The notes under the pieces were generated by a model, which saw only the letters and a program-made list of their open reading frames with translations, ran no database searches and was not told the DNA's origin. DNA of 64,000 nt from Minisyncoccia bacterium (GTDB taxonomy: Bacteria; Patescibacteriota; Minisyncoccia; Phycocordibacterales; CALRBL01): positions 29,329 to 93,328 of the forward strand of contig JBBRNV010000003.1 in the NCBI GenBank assembly GCA_038230075.1. Direction: 5' to 3'. Within the stretch, counting starts at the first letter, position 1. Each line of letters starts with the position of its first letter. Position numbers and translations under genes: made by a program. Positions 1 through 10,105 of the stretch are shown here, piece after piece.

Positions 1-49
1 GATTACAGAAAGTGACCCACATGAGCGCCGGAAGTGACCTTAACCCCTT

Positions 50-205
50 CTACTTCAGATGTCGCTCGGTGGATCCTGAACGCGCGGCAACTTCGTGGCC
101 AAACAGAAGAACCACTGTTGAGGAAAGAAGGCAGTTGGTTAAGGTTGTCGACGCAATGATCGCGAAGATCGACGACATGATGAAGTAGTCGAAATGACAC
201 TTCAT
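50..205 (-). CDS. possible small orphan membrane protein (51 aa) in a GC-richer patch
   Basis: Hand translation MKCHFDYFIMSSIFAIIASTTLTNCLLSSTVVLLFGHEV... has a hydrophobic core. The 3..251 ORF is an alternative frame. Confidence 0.25.
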   Translation of the reverse strand: MKCHFDYFIMSSIFAIIASTTLTNCLLSSTVVLLFGHEVAARSGSTERHLK

Positions 206-325
206 GACGAATTATGGCCGGTACACAATAATGGTGTATCGGCTTTTCCAATTTATGTTTATTATAGGGGAGGTCATCATGCTGTCTTGGTAGACAAACA
301 TCAATTAAAATTTAGTTCGAAATAG

Positions 326-398
326 GCCATCTTAGCTCAGTTGGTAGAGCACTTCACTCGTAGCGAAGAGGTCCCGAGTTCGATCCTCGGAGATGGCT
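326..398 (+). tRNA. tRNA-Thr (CGU)
   Basis: Acceptor stem GCCATCT/AGATGGC, D arm GCTC-AGTTGGTA-GAGC, anticodon loop CT-CGT-AG, T arm CCGAG-TTCGATC-CTCGG. CCA is not encoded. Confidence 0.93.
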
Positions 399-428
399 CA
401 GGTATAAAAAATAAGATAGAGTACGGAC

Positions 429-1313
429 ATGAGTAACGCTGAAGAACTACAGAAAAAGATTAATGAAATAGAGGCAGAAATGACCGACTCGTCTTTTTGG
501 TTAGATAAAGACAAGGCTCAACAACGAGTGAAAGAACATCAAGAACTAAAAGAAGAGTTAGAGCGAGGAGATGCTGGTCCGTACGATAAAGGAAATGCAA
601 TCATCACCATTTACTCAGGAGCAGGGGGAGATGATTCAGAAGATTTTTCTCGAATACTATTTGAAATGTATTCAAAGTATATTGCGAAGAAAAATTGGCA
701 AGCAGTATTAATACATTCGCATGAAAATGACCATGGTGGATTTCGAAATGTAACATTTGAAGTTCGAGGAAAGAATGCCTATGGAACGTTAAAAAAAGAA
801 TCAGGCGTTCATCGTTTAGTTCGCCTCTCTCCGTTTAATGCAAAACAATTACGGCACACATCATTTTCAATGGTTGAAGTGATTCCTGAATTTGAGAAAG
901 TAACAGATTTCAGTATTCCAGATGATGAACTTGAGATTTCATTCGCACGAGCAGGAGGTCCTGGTGGGCAAAATGTGAACAAAAGAGAAACAGCGGTTCG
1001 TGTAACACATCTGCCAACAAAACTAGCGGTTCACGTTACATCAGAGCGAAGTCAGGCACAAAATAAAGAAAGAGCCATTGCGCTCATTAAAGGAAAGTTA
1101 TTTAAAGCACTCGAAGAAGAGCGAATAAAAAAAGAAGGTGAAATGTATATTTCTAAAACCACTGAAGTTGAATGGGGAAATCAAATTCGTTCGTACGTCA
1201 TGCATCCTTATAAAATGGTCAAAGATCATCGAACTGATATTGAAACTTCGCAGATTGATAAAGTATTGAATGGCGAAATAGATGAATTCATTGAAGCCGA
1301 GAAAGGTTTGTAG
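429..1313 (+). CDS. prfB: peptide chain release factor 2 (short form)
   Basis: GVHRLVRLSPF (SPF recognition loop), GGPGGQNVNK, WGNQIRSYV. Confidence 0.95.
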   Translation: MSNAEELQKKINEIEAEMTDSSFWLDKDKAQQRVKEHQELKEELERGDAGPYDKGNAIITIYSGAGGDDSEDFSRILFEMYSKYIAKKNWQAVLIHSHENDHGGFRNVTFEVRGKNAYGTLKKESGVHRLVRLSPFNAKQLRHTSFSMVEVIPEFEKVTDFSIPDDELEISFARAGGPGGQNVNKRETAVRVTHLPTKLAVHVTSERSQAQNKERAIALIKGKLFKALEEERIKKEGEMYISKTTEVEWGNQIRSYVMHPYKMVKDHRTDIETSQIDKVLNGEIDEFIEAEKGL

Positions 1314-1363
1314 TGCCGATTTTGTGTGTGGTGTGTAATCTTGATGTTTGTTATACTCAAACA

Positions 1364-2044
1364 ATGATCCGCTTTGAAAATGTTTCCAAAATATATGCAG
1401 ATAACTCCATCGCTTTAGATGGTGTTTCATTTAATATTCAACCAAAAGAATTTGTTTCAGTTGTAGGTCAGTCTGGAGCAGGAAAGACAACATTAATTAA
1501 AATGATTCTTGGAGAAGAAAAACCTTCTACAGGAACTGTTTTTTTTGGTGACACCGACGTTCGAACTTTCAGAAGAGGTAACTTGAACGAATACCGTCGA
1601 AAAATAGGAACAGTCTTTCAAGATTTCAGACTTCTTCCTCACAAAACAGCATATGAAAATATTGCTTTTGCCATGGAAGCTGCAGGACGAAGTGATGAAG
1701 AAATTGCAGAAGATGTTCCACACGTGCTTGAACTTGTTGATCTCGGTAAAAAGATTTGGAATTTTCCTCATCAATTGTCTGGAGGAGAGAAACAGCGAGT
1801 AGCAATTGCTCGAGCAATTGTTAATCAACCAGATCTCATTATTGCCGATGAGCCCACAGGAAATCTTGATCCGGTAAACACGTACGAAATTGTGCAAATC
1901 TTAAAAAAGATTAACGATCTCGGCACCACAATTGTTCTCACTACTCATAATAAAGGGGTGATTGATAGTTTGGGTAAGCGAGTAATCACCATGGAATACG
2001 GCCGAATTATCAGAGATGATAACAAGGGTACTTATATTTTATAA
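1364..2044 (+). CDS. ftsE: cell division ABC ATPase FtsE
   Basis: MIRFENVSK start, [30 protein letters not shown]; adjacent to ftsX. Confidence 0.93.
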   Translation: MIRFENVSKIYADNSIALDGVSFNIQPKEFVSVVGQSGAGKTTLIKMILGEEKPSTGTVFFGDTDVRTFRRGNLNEYRRKIGTVFQDFRLLPHKTAYENIAFAMEAAGRSDEEIAEDVPHVLELVDLGKKIWNFPHQLSGGEKQRVAIARAIVNQPDLIIADEPTGNLDPVNTYEIVQILKKINDLGTTIVLTTHNKGVIDSLGKRVITMEYGRIIRDDNKGTYIL

Positions 2045-2049
2045 TCAAT

Positions 2050-2976
2050 ATGTTTTTCACTAAATTAAAAAGAGTTATAAAAAGCGGATTCATTAGCTTT
2101 TGGAGAAATGGTTCAGTATCACTCGCGGCAGTTCTTGTCATGATCGTTACGCTCTCAGTCATTCTTTCTCTTGTTCTTGTTGGAATTCTTCTCAATTCAA
2201 CACTCACAGGAATCAAAGATCGAGTAGATATTAATGTATACATCACAAAAACTGCAGAAGAACCACAAATTCTCGCTCTAAAAACCGCGCTCGAAAAGTT
2301 GCCTCAAGTATTAACAGTTTCATATCAATCTCGAGATGAAGCATTAGTAGAGTTTAAAGCGCGTCACCAAAACGATGAGTTGATTCTTCAAGCGCTCGAT
2401 GAAGTGTCTGATAATCCGCTTCGTGCAAGTCTCACAATTAAAGCAGTCGATCCTTCACAATACGAAACCATCGCAAATTTCCTTGTTTCATATGCAGATC
2501 AAACACAAGATCAAGGGAAGATAATCGACAAAGCAAACTATCCAAATAATAAAGATGCGATTGATGCGCTTAGTCGAATTATTGCTTCAACTAAAAAACT
2601 TGGTTTGTCACTCGCTATTATTTTTGGATTTATCGCAACGCTCATTACGTTCAATACGATTCGTTTGGCAATTTATGTTTCTCGAGATGAAATTGCTGTG
2701 ATGCGATTGGTGGGTGCATCACGTGCATTTATTCGTGGTCCATTTATTATTGCTGGTTTAATGTACGGAATCGTTGCTACTGTCAGTACGATGCTTATCT
2801 ATTGGCCAATCGCAAAATGGATGGGGCCCATCACGGTAGATATTGGTACCGGAATTAATCTTTACGACTACTATACGTCTCATGTTTTCTACTTGTTCGG
2901 AGTTATCATTCTTATCTCACTTGTTCTCGGTGCGGTATCAAGTTTCTTGGCGATAAAAAGATATCTTAAGGTGTAA
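2050..2976 (+). CDS. ftsX: cell division permease FtsX
   Basis: 4-TM layout, NTIRLAIYVSRDEIAVMRLVGAS..FIRGPF. Confidence 0.93.
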   Translation: MFFTKLKRVIKSGFISFWRNGSVSLAAVLVMIVTLSVILSLVLVGILLNSTLTGIKDRVDINVYITKTAEEPQILALKTALEKLPQVLTVSYQSRDEALVEFKARHQNDELILQALDEVSDNPLRASLTIKAVDPSQYETIANFLVSYADQTQDQGKIIDKANYPNNKDAIDALSRIIASTKKLGLSLAIIFGFIATLITFNTIRLAIYVSRDEIAVMRLVGASRAFIRGPFIIAGLMYGIVATVSTMLIYWPIAKWMGPITVDIGTGINLYDYYTSHVFYLFGVIILISLVLGAVSSFLAIKRYLKV

Positions 2977-2979
2977 TAT

Positions 2980-3459
2980 ATGAAAAACCTCTACCGAAAG
3001 ATCATGCACTTCTTTGATAAGTTTGAAGACCATGTTCGAGGTTTTTTAAGTCATTATCCACTATGGTATGCAATCATCGGAAGTTTCGGTATCGTTCATT
3101 TGTGGAGAGGAATTTGGCATCTTGCTGACGACTGGGGATGGAGTTCGTATAGTTCAACTATCATTGGCCTTCTTGTTCTTTTGGGAACTGGTCTTCTCGT
3201 CTCATTCTTCATTGGAGACAATATTTTGATTACAGGACTAAAAGGAGAGCGAAAACGTGTTGAAAAAACTGAAGGTGAAATTCGTGCTGAAGAAGCAGAG
3301 ATTAGTGGTCGATTTAATGAAATGAAAAAACATATTGATCATATTGAAAAAAGACTAGCAGATTTAAAGTTGTGTGTTTCAGAAACTGACAACATTCATA
3401 CATCAGTTGCAACAAAAGAAAAGAACGCTAATAACAAAGACAATAATGTGGTGGTCTAA
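2980..3459 (+). CDS. hypothetical membrane protein (2 TM plus coiled-coil tail)
   Basis: In-operon ORF with a LWRGIW motif and two hydrophobic segments. Confidence 0.7.
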   Translation: MKNLYRKIMHFFDKFEDHVRGFLSHYPLWYAIIGSFGIVHLWRGIWHLADDWGWSSYSSTIIGLLVLLGTGLLVSFFIGDNILITGLKGERKRVEKTEGEIRAEEAEISGRFNEMKKHIDHIEKRLADLKLCVSETDNIHTSVATKEKNANNKDNNVVV

Positions 3460-4351
3460 TACGAGAAAGGTAATTACACACTCGGGTAATTTTCATCCTG
3501 ATGAAATTATGGGATGTGCCATTCTCTCACTTTTGTTTAAAGAAAATATAGAGATAATTCGAACAAGAGATCAAGATATGATGGTTAAAAAAGATACAAA
3601 CGATATCGTTCTTGATGTTGGCTATCAATATAACCCAACCGAATTTCGTTTTGATCATCATCAACCCGATTTTAAAGAAAAACGAGACAATGGTATCGGA
3701 TATGCCTCATGTGGATTGATTTGGAAACACTTCGGTGATCAGTTAACAAATTCTTCGGAAATTTCAGAACGAATTGATAAAAAGTTGATACAAACAATAG
3801 ATGCAGGTGATGTTGGAATTGAACTCGCGCAACCTATTGGTGACCATTCACTTCCATACGATATAAATCATGTGCTCACTTCATTTCGTCCTACATGGAA
3901 AGAAATATCACGAACTCATGATGAAGGTTTTTTTGAAGCAGTAGAACTCGCAAAAAAAATACTTACAAGAGAAATCGCTCTTTCATCTGCTTATGTTGAA
4001 GGAAAACAAAAAGTTCTTGAAGCGTATGAATGTGCAGAAGATAAAAGAATTATTGTAATTGACGGTGGATACTCATGGGGAAGCATTATTGAAGAGAAAA
4101 ACGAACCTTTGTACGTTGTTCTTCATTCTGAACCTCAAACAACATGGGCGGTTAAATGTGTGAATGTGAAAGATAAAGAATTTGAAAGTAGAAAACTGCT
4201 TCCTGAAGCGTGGGCTGGAAAAACAGGAAAAGAATTTGAAATGGCGAGTGGAGTTTTGGGAGCTAATTTTTGCCACACAGCTCGATTTATAGCCGTCTCT
4301 AATTCAAAAGAAGGAGCTCTCGCTCTTGCAAAGCTGGCGGTTGAAGCATAG
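3446..4351 (+). CDS. MYG1 family metal-dependent hydrolase/exonuclease
   Basis: THSGNFHPDE, IIRTRD, DVG, FDHHQ, LPEAWAG, FCH motifs. Confidence 0.9.
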   Translation: MWWSNTRKVITHSGNFHPDEIMGCAILSLLFKENIEIIRTRDQDMMVKKDTNDIVLDVGYQYNPTEFRFDHHQPDFKEKRDNGIGYASCGLIWKHFGDQLTNSSEISERIDKKLIQTIDAGDVGIELAQPIGDHSLPYDINHVLTSFRPTWKEISRTHDEGFFEAVELAKKILTREIALSSAYVEGKQKVLEAYECAEDKRIIVIDGGYSWGSIIEEKNEPLYVVLHSEPQTTWAVKCVNVKDKEFESRKLLPEAWAGKTGKEFEMASGVLGANFCHTARFIAVSNSKEGALALAKLAVEA

Positions 4352-4364
4352 AGTGTACTGATAT

Positions 4365-5375
4365 ATGGCATTCGTCGATGAACTAACAGTTAGTATTAAA
4401 GCAGGAAACGGCGGGCACGGAGTAGTGCGATGGCTTCATGAAAAAGGAAAGGAATTCATGGGTCCAGCTGGAGGAAACGGTGGAAATGGAGGAGATGTCT
4501 TTGTAAAAGGAGTCAGTGATTTAGGAGTACTTGCTCACTATCGTCACAAAAAACTATTTAAAGCAGAACGAGGAGAAGATGGTCAATCAAAGAGTAAATA
4601 TGGTCAAAATGGAAAAGATTTAATAATTGAAATTCCTGTTGGTTCGATGGTTACAAATAATGATACTGGAAAAGTATATGACATTGCAGAAATTGGAGAA
4701 CCAGTTCTTATTTTAAAAGGAGGAAGAGGTGGTCTTGGAAATGAACATTTTAAAGGTTCAATGAATATCCGTCCAATGGAACACACCGATGGAAAGGTGG
4801 GTGAAGAAGCGATGTTTACCATTGAACTTCTTCTCGCTGCAAGTCTTGGATTAATCGGACTTCCAAACGCCGGAAAATCTTCACTCTTGAATGCGGTGAC
4901 AAATGCAGAAGCAAAAGTTGGTGATTATCAATTCACCACACTCGAACCAAACCTTGGAGCATTCCTCGATTTCATTATTGCAGATATTCCTGGACTTATT
5001 GAAGGAGCCGGACAAGGAAAAGGATTGGGTCACAAATTCTTACGTCATGTTATGCGCACAAAGATTTTGGCACATTGCGTATCGGTTGAAAATGAAGACA
5101 TGGGTGCCGCATACGATACTATTCGACATGAGATTAAATCATTTGATATTTTACACAAAGGTCTTGTTCATGGACAAATCGAAAGTAAAGATGAGATTGT
5201 TATTATGACTAAAGTAGACAGCGTTCTTCCTGAAGTACTTGAAACAAAACGAAAAGCGCTAAAGAAACATCTAAAACGTGGAGCTAAAATACTTGAAGTG
5301 TCAGTTTACGACGACGTCTCACTTGCAGCATTCAAAAAAGAACTTTTGACTATTCTTCAAAATACAGCAAAATAA
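4365..5375 (+). CDS. obgE: GTPase ObgE/CgtA
   Basis: MAFVDE..KAGNGGHG Gly-rich domain, GLPNAGKSS, YQFTTLEPNLG, DIPGLIEGA. Confidence 0.96.
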   Translation: MAFVDELTVSIKAGNGGHGVVRWLHEKGKEFMGPAGGNGGNGGDVFVKGVSDLGVLAHYRHKKLFKAERGEDGQSKSKYGQNGKDLIIEIPVGSMVTNNDTGKVYDIAEIGEPVLILKGGRGGLGNEHFKGSMNIRPMEHTDGKVGEEAMFTIELLLAASLGLIGLPNAGKSSLLNAVTNAEAKVGDYQFTTLEPNLGAFLDFIIADIPGLIEGAGQGKGLGHKFLRHVMRTKILAHCVSVENEDMGAAYDTIRHEIKSFDILHKGLVHGQIESKDEIVIMTKVDSVLPEVLETKRKALKKHLKRGAKILEVSVYDDVSLAAFKKELLTILQNTAK

Positions 5376-5383
5376 GAAGGTCT

Positions 5384-6868
5384 ATGGAAAAAAAGTATAC
5401 GCCTACAATCGGACTCGAAATTCATGCAGAAATGAGCACTGTCACAAAGATGTTTTGCGGTTGCAAAAACAATCCAGACGAAGTGCGCCCTAATTTTAAT
5501 ATTTGCCCAGTATGTATGGGTCATCCAGGAACTCTTCCTGTGGTTAATAAACAAGCAGTTAAAAATGTCCTTAAGGTTGGTATTGCTCTTGGTTCAACTA
5601 TCGCCGACTTCACTGAATTTGATCGAAAAAATTATTTCTACCCCGATATTCCAAAAGGATATCAAATTAGTCAGTATAAATTTCCTTTAATTTCTGGAGG
5701 AACACTCGATGGAGTTGAGCTCACTCGAATTCATTTAGAAGAAGATACCGCTACTTCAAAACATGAAGAAGGAGATTTTAGTTTGGTTGATTACAATCGA
5801 GCCGGTGTGCCTCTTATGGAGCTCGTGACAGAGCCTGTGATTCACTCTCCTGAACAAGCTGGTGCTTTTGCTCGAGAGTTACAACTTCTTCTTCGAACAC
5901 TTGGTGTTGGAGAAGCGAATATGGAAAAAGGTGAGATGCGAGTTGAAGCAAATATTTCTGTTTCAGAATATTCTGCTGAAGAAACTGCAAAAGATCATAG
6001 TAAATTTGGTACAAAAGTTGAGGTTAAAAACTTGAATTCATTTAAAGCTGTAGAGAAAGCCATTGCTTACGAAGTTAAGCGGCATATTGCACTTATTGAA
6101 GCAGGCGAAAAGGTTGTTCAAGAAACACGAGGATGGGATGAAAACAAACAGAGTACCTTTTCACAACGAAAGAAAGAAAATTCTCATGACTATCGATATT
6201 TTCCTGATCCTGATATTCCAAAGTTCACTTTATCTGAAATTCCTGAATTTTCTCGAGATGTTCTCTCAAAAGAATTACCTGAACTTCCATGGATAAAACG
6301 CGATCGATTCATTGCTTCATTTGATTTAAAAAAAGAAGAAGCAGACGTGTTTCTTTATAACCCAATGTTAGGTTCATATTTCGAAGCGGTGGTCGTTGAA
6401 CTTAACGCCGAAAAGAAAGCTGTTCGACTTGCTGCGAATTATATTTTGTCAGATGTGGGTGCTCATTTAAAAGTACAACCTGAAATTGATCTTGCATTAA
6501 AAATTGCTCCGAAAAACTTTGCTTCGCTCATGGCACTCATTGTTACCAATAAAGTTTCATCTCGAGGAGCAAAAGATATTCTTGAAATTATGTGGAAAGG
6601 AGAGCGAGACGGTGTTGTAGCAAAAGATGCTGACGCACAAAAAATTGCTGAGCAGTTTGATTTACTACAAAAAAGTGACGAAGGAGCACTCAAAGAAGTA
6701 CTTCACAAAATTATTTCAGAAAACCCAGGGCCGGTCGCAGACTACAAGGCTGGAAAACAGCAGGCACTTATGTTTTTTGTTGGACAAGCTATGAAAGCAA
6801 CAAAAGGATCTGCCAATCCCGAACTTCTTAAAGATATTGCAATTAAAGTCATTGCTGAATTACAATAA
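5384..6868 (+). CDS. gatB: Asp/Glu-tRNA amidotransferase subunit B
   Basis: IGLEIHAE, RKNYFYPDIPKGYQISQ, DYNRAGVPLMELV, DYRYFPDPD. Confidence 0.97.
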   Translation: MEKKYTPTIGLEIHAEMSTVTKMFCGCKNNPDEVRPNFNICPVCMGHPGTLPVVNKQAVKNVLKVGIALGSTIADFTEFDRKNYFYPDIPKGYQISQYKFPLISGGTLDGVELTRIHLEEDTATSKHEEGDFSLVDYNRAGVPLMELVTEPVIHSPEQAGAFARELQLLLRTLGVGEANMEKGEMRVEANISVSEYSAEETAKDHSKFGTKVEVKNLNSFKAVEKAIAYEVKRHIALIEAGEKVVQETRGWDENKQSTFSQRKKENSHDYRYFPDPDIPKFTLSEIPEFSRDVLSKELPELPWIKRDRFIASFDLKKEEADVFLYNPMLGSYFEAVVVELNAEKKAVRLAANYILSDVGAHLKVQPEIDLALKIAPKNFASLMALIVTNKVSSRGAKDILEIMWKGERDGVVAKDADAQKIAEQFDLLQKSDEGALKEVLHKIISENPGPVADYKAGKQQALMFFVGQAMKATKGSANPELLKDIAIKVIAELQ

Positions 6869-6872
6869 TAGA

Positions 6873-7430
6873 ATGAATCATTCTTCTGTTCGGCACAAAG
6901 GTTTCGTTGTATCAACAATTATTTTTGCGATAACAATCTTTCTAATTGTTACAGGAGTTTTAGTATTTAATAAATCGGCTAATACCGCCGTGAAAAATAT
7001 ACTCACTTCATCTTCTACTCAAACATCAACTAATGCAGATGGTCTTGCAGAAGTTAAGAGTCAACCTGTATCAACAAGTTCTGATCCAGTAATTATCAGC
7101 CCAACGTTACTTCAACAAGATCTCACTATTTCAAGTATTTCTCCCTCATCTGGCGCAACTGGTGACAAGGTAACAATTATGGGTACTGGTTTCACTTCAG
7201 CAAATAATGAAATTATGTTTGGAAATTATAAAGCGGCAACAACTGATTCTATTGATGGAAAAACACTCAGTTTTGATATCCCTGAACGACTTCAAAATTG
7301 TACAAAAGACGCTTGTACCGACACTATTATTTTCGTGGAGAAAGGAAGGTACTCAGTTTTTGTGAGAAATACAAAAGGAGAGAGTAATCATCTCACTTTC
7401 GATGTGACCACTTCTTCAGGTATGCAATAA
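6873..7430 (+). CDS. membrane-anchored IPT/TIG domain protein
   Basis: N-terminal TM (KGFVVSTIIFA..), S/T linker, ISSISPSSGATGDKVTIMGTGF IPT signature. Confidence 0.8.
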   Translation: MNHSSVRHKGFVVSTIIFAITIFLIVTGVLVFNKSANTAVKNILTSSSTQTSTNADGLAEVKSQPVSTSSDPVIISPTLLQQDLTISSISPSSGATGDKVTIMGTGFTSANNEIMFGNYKAATTDSIDGKTLSFDIPERLQNCTKDACTDTIIFVEKGRYSVFVRNTKGESNHLTFDVTTSSGMQ

Positions 7431-7447
7431 AATGATATACTTTGGAT

Positions 7448-8506
7448 ATGTCACAGCAATCATCAAACGTAATTAAAGTTGGAATTAACGGCGCAGGAAG
7501 AATTGGAAGAGCTTTTTATAAACTATCACTTGAACGACCAGAAATTGAAGTCGTCGCTTTAAATGATCTCGGAGATATCGATAATTTGGCGTATCTTTTA
7601 AAATACGATAGTGCCTATGGAAGAAGTGGTCTTGAAGTTGTTGTTTCAGATGATAAGAAAAAACTTCATATCACCACAAAAGAAGGAGCGAAACATGAAG
7701 TTGCTTACATTAGCGAAAAAGATCCAGTCAATCTTCCATGGAAGGCGCTTGGAGTTGATATTGTTGTTGAGTCTACTGGTTTCTTTACAAGTTATAGCAA
7801 GGCATATCCTCACATTGTTGCTGGTGCAAAGCGTGTTGTTATTTCTGCTCCAGTTAAAGACGATGCATCTGGTCCACAAGCAGCAACGATTCTTCTTGGA
7901 ATCAATGATGATCGATTTAAAGATTCAATGATCACTTCAAATGCTTCATGTACTACAAACTCAGCAAGTCCTGTTCTGGCTATTCTAGATAAAACTATTG
8001 GAGTTGAGAAAGCGATTTTAAACACCGTGCATGGATACACAGCGAGTCAGAGTTTGGTTGATGGTCCAAGCAAAAAAGATTGGAAAGAAGGAAGAGCGGC
8101 CGCACACAATATTGTGCCCACTTCAACAGGTGCTGCAATTGCAGTTACTAAGGCACTTACACAACTTGAATCAAAATTCGACGGAGTCTCAATGCGAGTT
8201 CCTGTTATTGCAGGCTCAATTGCTGATATCACTTTCATTTCAAAACGGCCAACAACTGTGGAAGAGGTTAATAAGGTTCTTTGGGATGCTGCACAAGATG
8301 ACCACTGGAAAGGAATTTACACTGCAACAAAGGAACAATTGGTATCTGGAGACATTCTTGGAACTTCTCACGCATCAATTGCAGACCTAGGTTTAACTCG
8401 AGTGGTTGATGGAAATTTAGTGAAGGTGTGTGCATGGTACGACAACGAAATGGGATACACACATACTCTTATTGAACATGTGGTTCGAGCTTCAAAAATA
8501 ATGTAA
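7448..8506 (+). CDS. gap: type I glyceraldehyde-3-phosphate dehydrogenase
   Basis: GINGAGRIGR, SNASCTTN, WYDNEMGY. Confidence 0.97.
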   Translation: MSQQSSNVIKVGINGAGRIGRAFYKLSLERPEIEVVALNDLGDIDNLAYLLKYDSAYGRSGLEVVVSDDKKKLHITTKEGAKHEVAYISEKDPVNLPWKALGVDIVVESTGFFTSYSKAYPHIVAGAKRVVISAPVKDDASGPQAATILLGINDDRFKDSMITSNASCTTNSASPVLAILDKTIGVEKAILNTVHGYTASQSLVDGPSKKDWKEGRAAAHNIVPTSTGAAIAVTKALTQLESKFDGVSMRVPVIAGSIADITFISKRPTTVEEVNKVLWDAAQDDHWKGIYTATKEQLVSGDILGTSHASIADLGLTRVVDGNLVKVCAWYDNEMGYTHTLIEHVVRASKIM

Positions 8507-8508
8507 TT

Positions 8509-8982
8509 ATGAAAATCTATTTAGCCTCTGATCATGCGGGGTTTGAAATGAAAAATGAATTAGTAAAATTTGTTACAGAACTTGGTCATGAGGCAATAGA
8601 TTGTGGACCAACTGAATATGTGAAGGGTGACGACTATCCAGACTACATTTCAAAAGCAGGAGAAGCATTAAGTGAAATGTTAGCACGAGGGGAAGATGCG
8701 AGAGCTATTATTCTCGGAGGATCGGGACAAGGTGAAGCGATGGTTGCAAATAAATATAAAAGAGTGCGAGCGGCAGTTTTCTATGGAGGGTTAGAGGAAA
8801 TTGTTGAACTTAGCCGAATGCATAATGACGCCAACTGCTTATCACTTGGTGCTCGATTTCTTTCAATAGATGGTGCTAAAGAAGTGGTTTCGATTTGGCT
8901 TAAGACTCCTTTTTTGCCAGACGAGCGTCACGTTCGACGAATTGAAAAGGTACGACGAATTGAAGACGGACTTTCTTTTTAA
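8509..8982 (+). CDS. rpiB: ribose-5-phosphate isomerase B family
   Basis: ASDHAGFEMK, DDYPD, GGSGQGEAMVANK, HNDAN, RHVRRI. Confidence 0.92.
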   Translation: MKIYLASDHAGFEMKNELVKFVTELGHEAIDCGPTEYVKGDDYPDYISKAGEALSEMLARGEDARAIILGGSGQGEAMVANKYKRVRAAVFYGGLEEIVELSRMHNDANCLSLGARFLSIDGAKEVVSIWLKTPFLPDERHVRRIEKVRRIEDGLSF

Positions 8983-9016
8983 TGTTCCTAATCGGCAAAT
9001 ATGCTAATGTATCTTC

Positions 9017-9760
9017 ATGGCTGAAATCATACCGGCAATATTACCTAAAAGTTATGACGACTTAGAATCAAAACTCAATTTGATTCGAGGTTTAGTGACA
9101 ACGGTGCAAATTGATATTTGTGATGGCAAACTCGTTAAGAATGCTACATGGCCTTATGTTGGTGATAAGAAGCATCGAGAATTAGATCAAGGATCAGGAA
9201 CTCATCTTGAAGCTATTTTAAATCAAGAAGAAGGAATGCCTGGTTGGGAAGATTTTGAATTTGAAATCGATCTTATGGTTACAGGAACAACCGATGTGAT
9301 TGAAGAAGAAATTAATAAATGGGCACAAATTGGTGCATCGCGAATTATTCTTCATCCTATAATTCACGACAACTTTCTTCGACCTGAAAATGACATCATC
9401 AAACTTTTTGAAGTTGCTCGATTTAATAATATGGAAGTGGGAATTGCTATTCATATTGATACACCTGTTGAATCGTATCGAAACGCCATCGTACAAGCTG
9501 ATGTAGTGCAGTGTATGGGAATTGAGCATGTGGGGTATCAGGGGCAAGAATTCGATGAGCGTGTGCTTCGAAAAATTGAAGAAGTGCTTCATTTTAGTGA
9601 AAGTGGGGTAATCTCAGTTGATGGAGGAGTAGGGCACGATAATGCCCAATTGCTGATTGATGCCAGTGTAAATCGCCTTATTGTTGGCTCTGCAATCTTC
9701 GGAAAAGATGGTTCCCAGGGAGATGCTCGAGAATCGATTGAGTATTTACAAAGCCTATAA
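9017..9760 (+). CDS. rpe: ribulose-phosphate 3-epimerase-like
   Basis: IIPAIL, QIDICDG, VQCMG..GYQGQEF, ISVDGGV, VGSAIF. Confidence 0.85.
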   Translation: MAEIIPAILPKSYDDLESKLNLIRGLVTTVQIDICDGKLVKNATWPYVGDKKHRELDQGSGTHLEAILNQEEGMPGWEDFEFEIDLMVTGTTDVIEEEINKWAQIGASRIILHPIIHDNFLRPENDIIKLFEVARFNNMEVGIAIHIDTPVESYRNAIVQADVVQCMGIEHVGYQGQEFDERVLRKIEEVLHFSESGVISVDGGVGHDNAQLLIDASVNRLIVGSAIFGKDGSQGDARESIEYLQSL

Positions 9761-9785
9761 AACCTGCTATATTCGTGTGACATTT

Positions 9786-10043
9786 ATGAAAAAAGAAATC
9801 CACCCAGACAACTATCGAGACGTCGCATTTAAAGACACTTCAAACGGTTCTATCTTTATTCTTGGTTCAACAATTGTTACAAAAGAGACTGTAACTGTTG
9901 ATGGAAAAGAATATCCTCTCTCAAACATTGAAATCTCAAGTCAATCGCATCCATTCTATACAGGAAACGAAAAGGTTCTCGACTCAGCCGGACGTGTAGA
10001 AAAATTCAAGGCTCGACAAGCAAAAACAACTTCAAAGAAGTAA
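9786..10043 (+). CDS. rpmE2: 50S ribosomal protein L31 type B (zinc-free)
   Basis: [32 protein letters not shown]; no CxxC. Confidence 0.95.
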   Translation: MKKEIHPDNYRDVAFKDTSNGSIFILGSTIVTKETVTVDGKEYPLSNIEISSQSHPFYTGNEKVLDSAGRVEKFKARQAKTTSKK

Positions 10044-10055
10044 CGAAGTTCGAAA

Positions 10056-10085
10056 CAAAAGGGGCAACATGGGTTGCCTTTTTTG
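10056..10085. terminator. intrinsic terminator after rpmE2
   Basis: caaaaggggcaac-atgg-gttgccttttttg hairpin with T tract. Confidence 0.7.
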
Positions 10086-10105
10086 TATGATAAAATAATA
10101 CCTAC

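Noticed and set aside
399-440. Programmed +1 frameshift in prfB
   Set aside because: There is no upstream ORF and no CTT-TGA-C site between the tRNA and the ATG.
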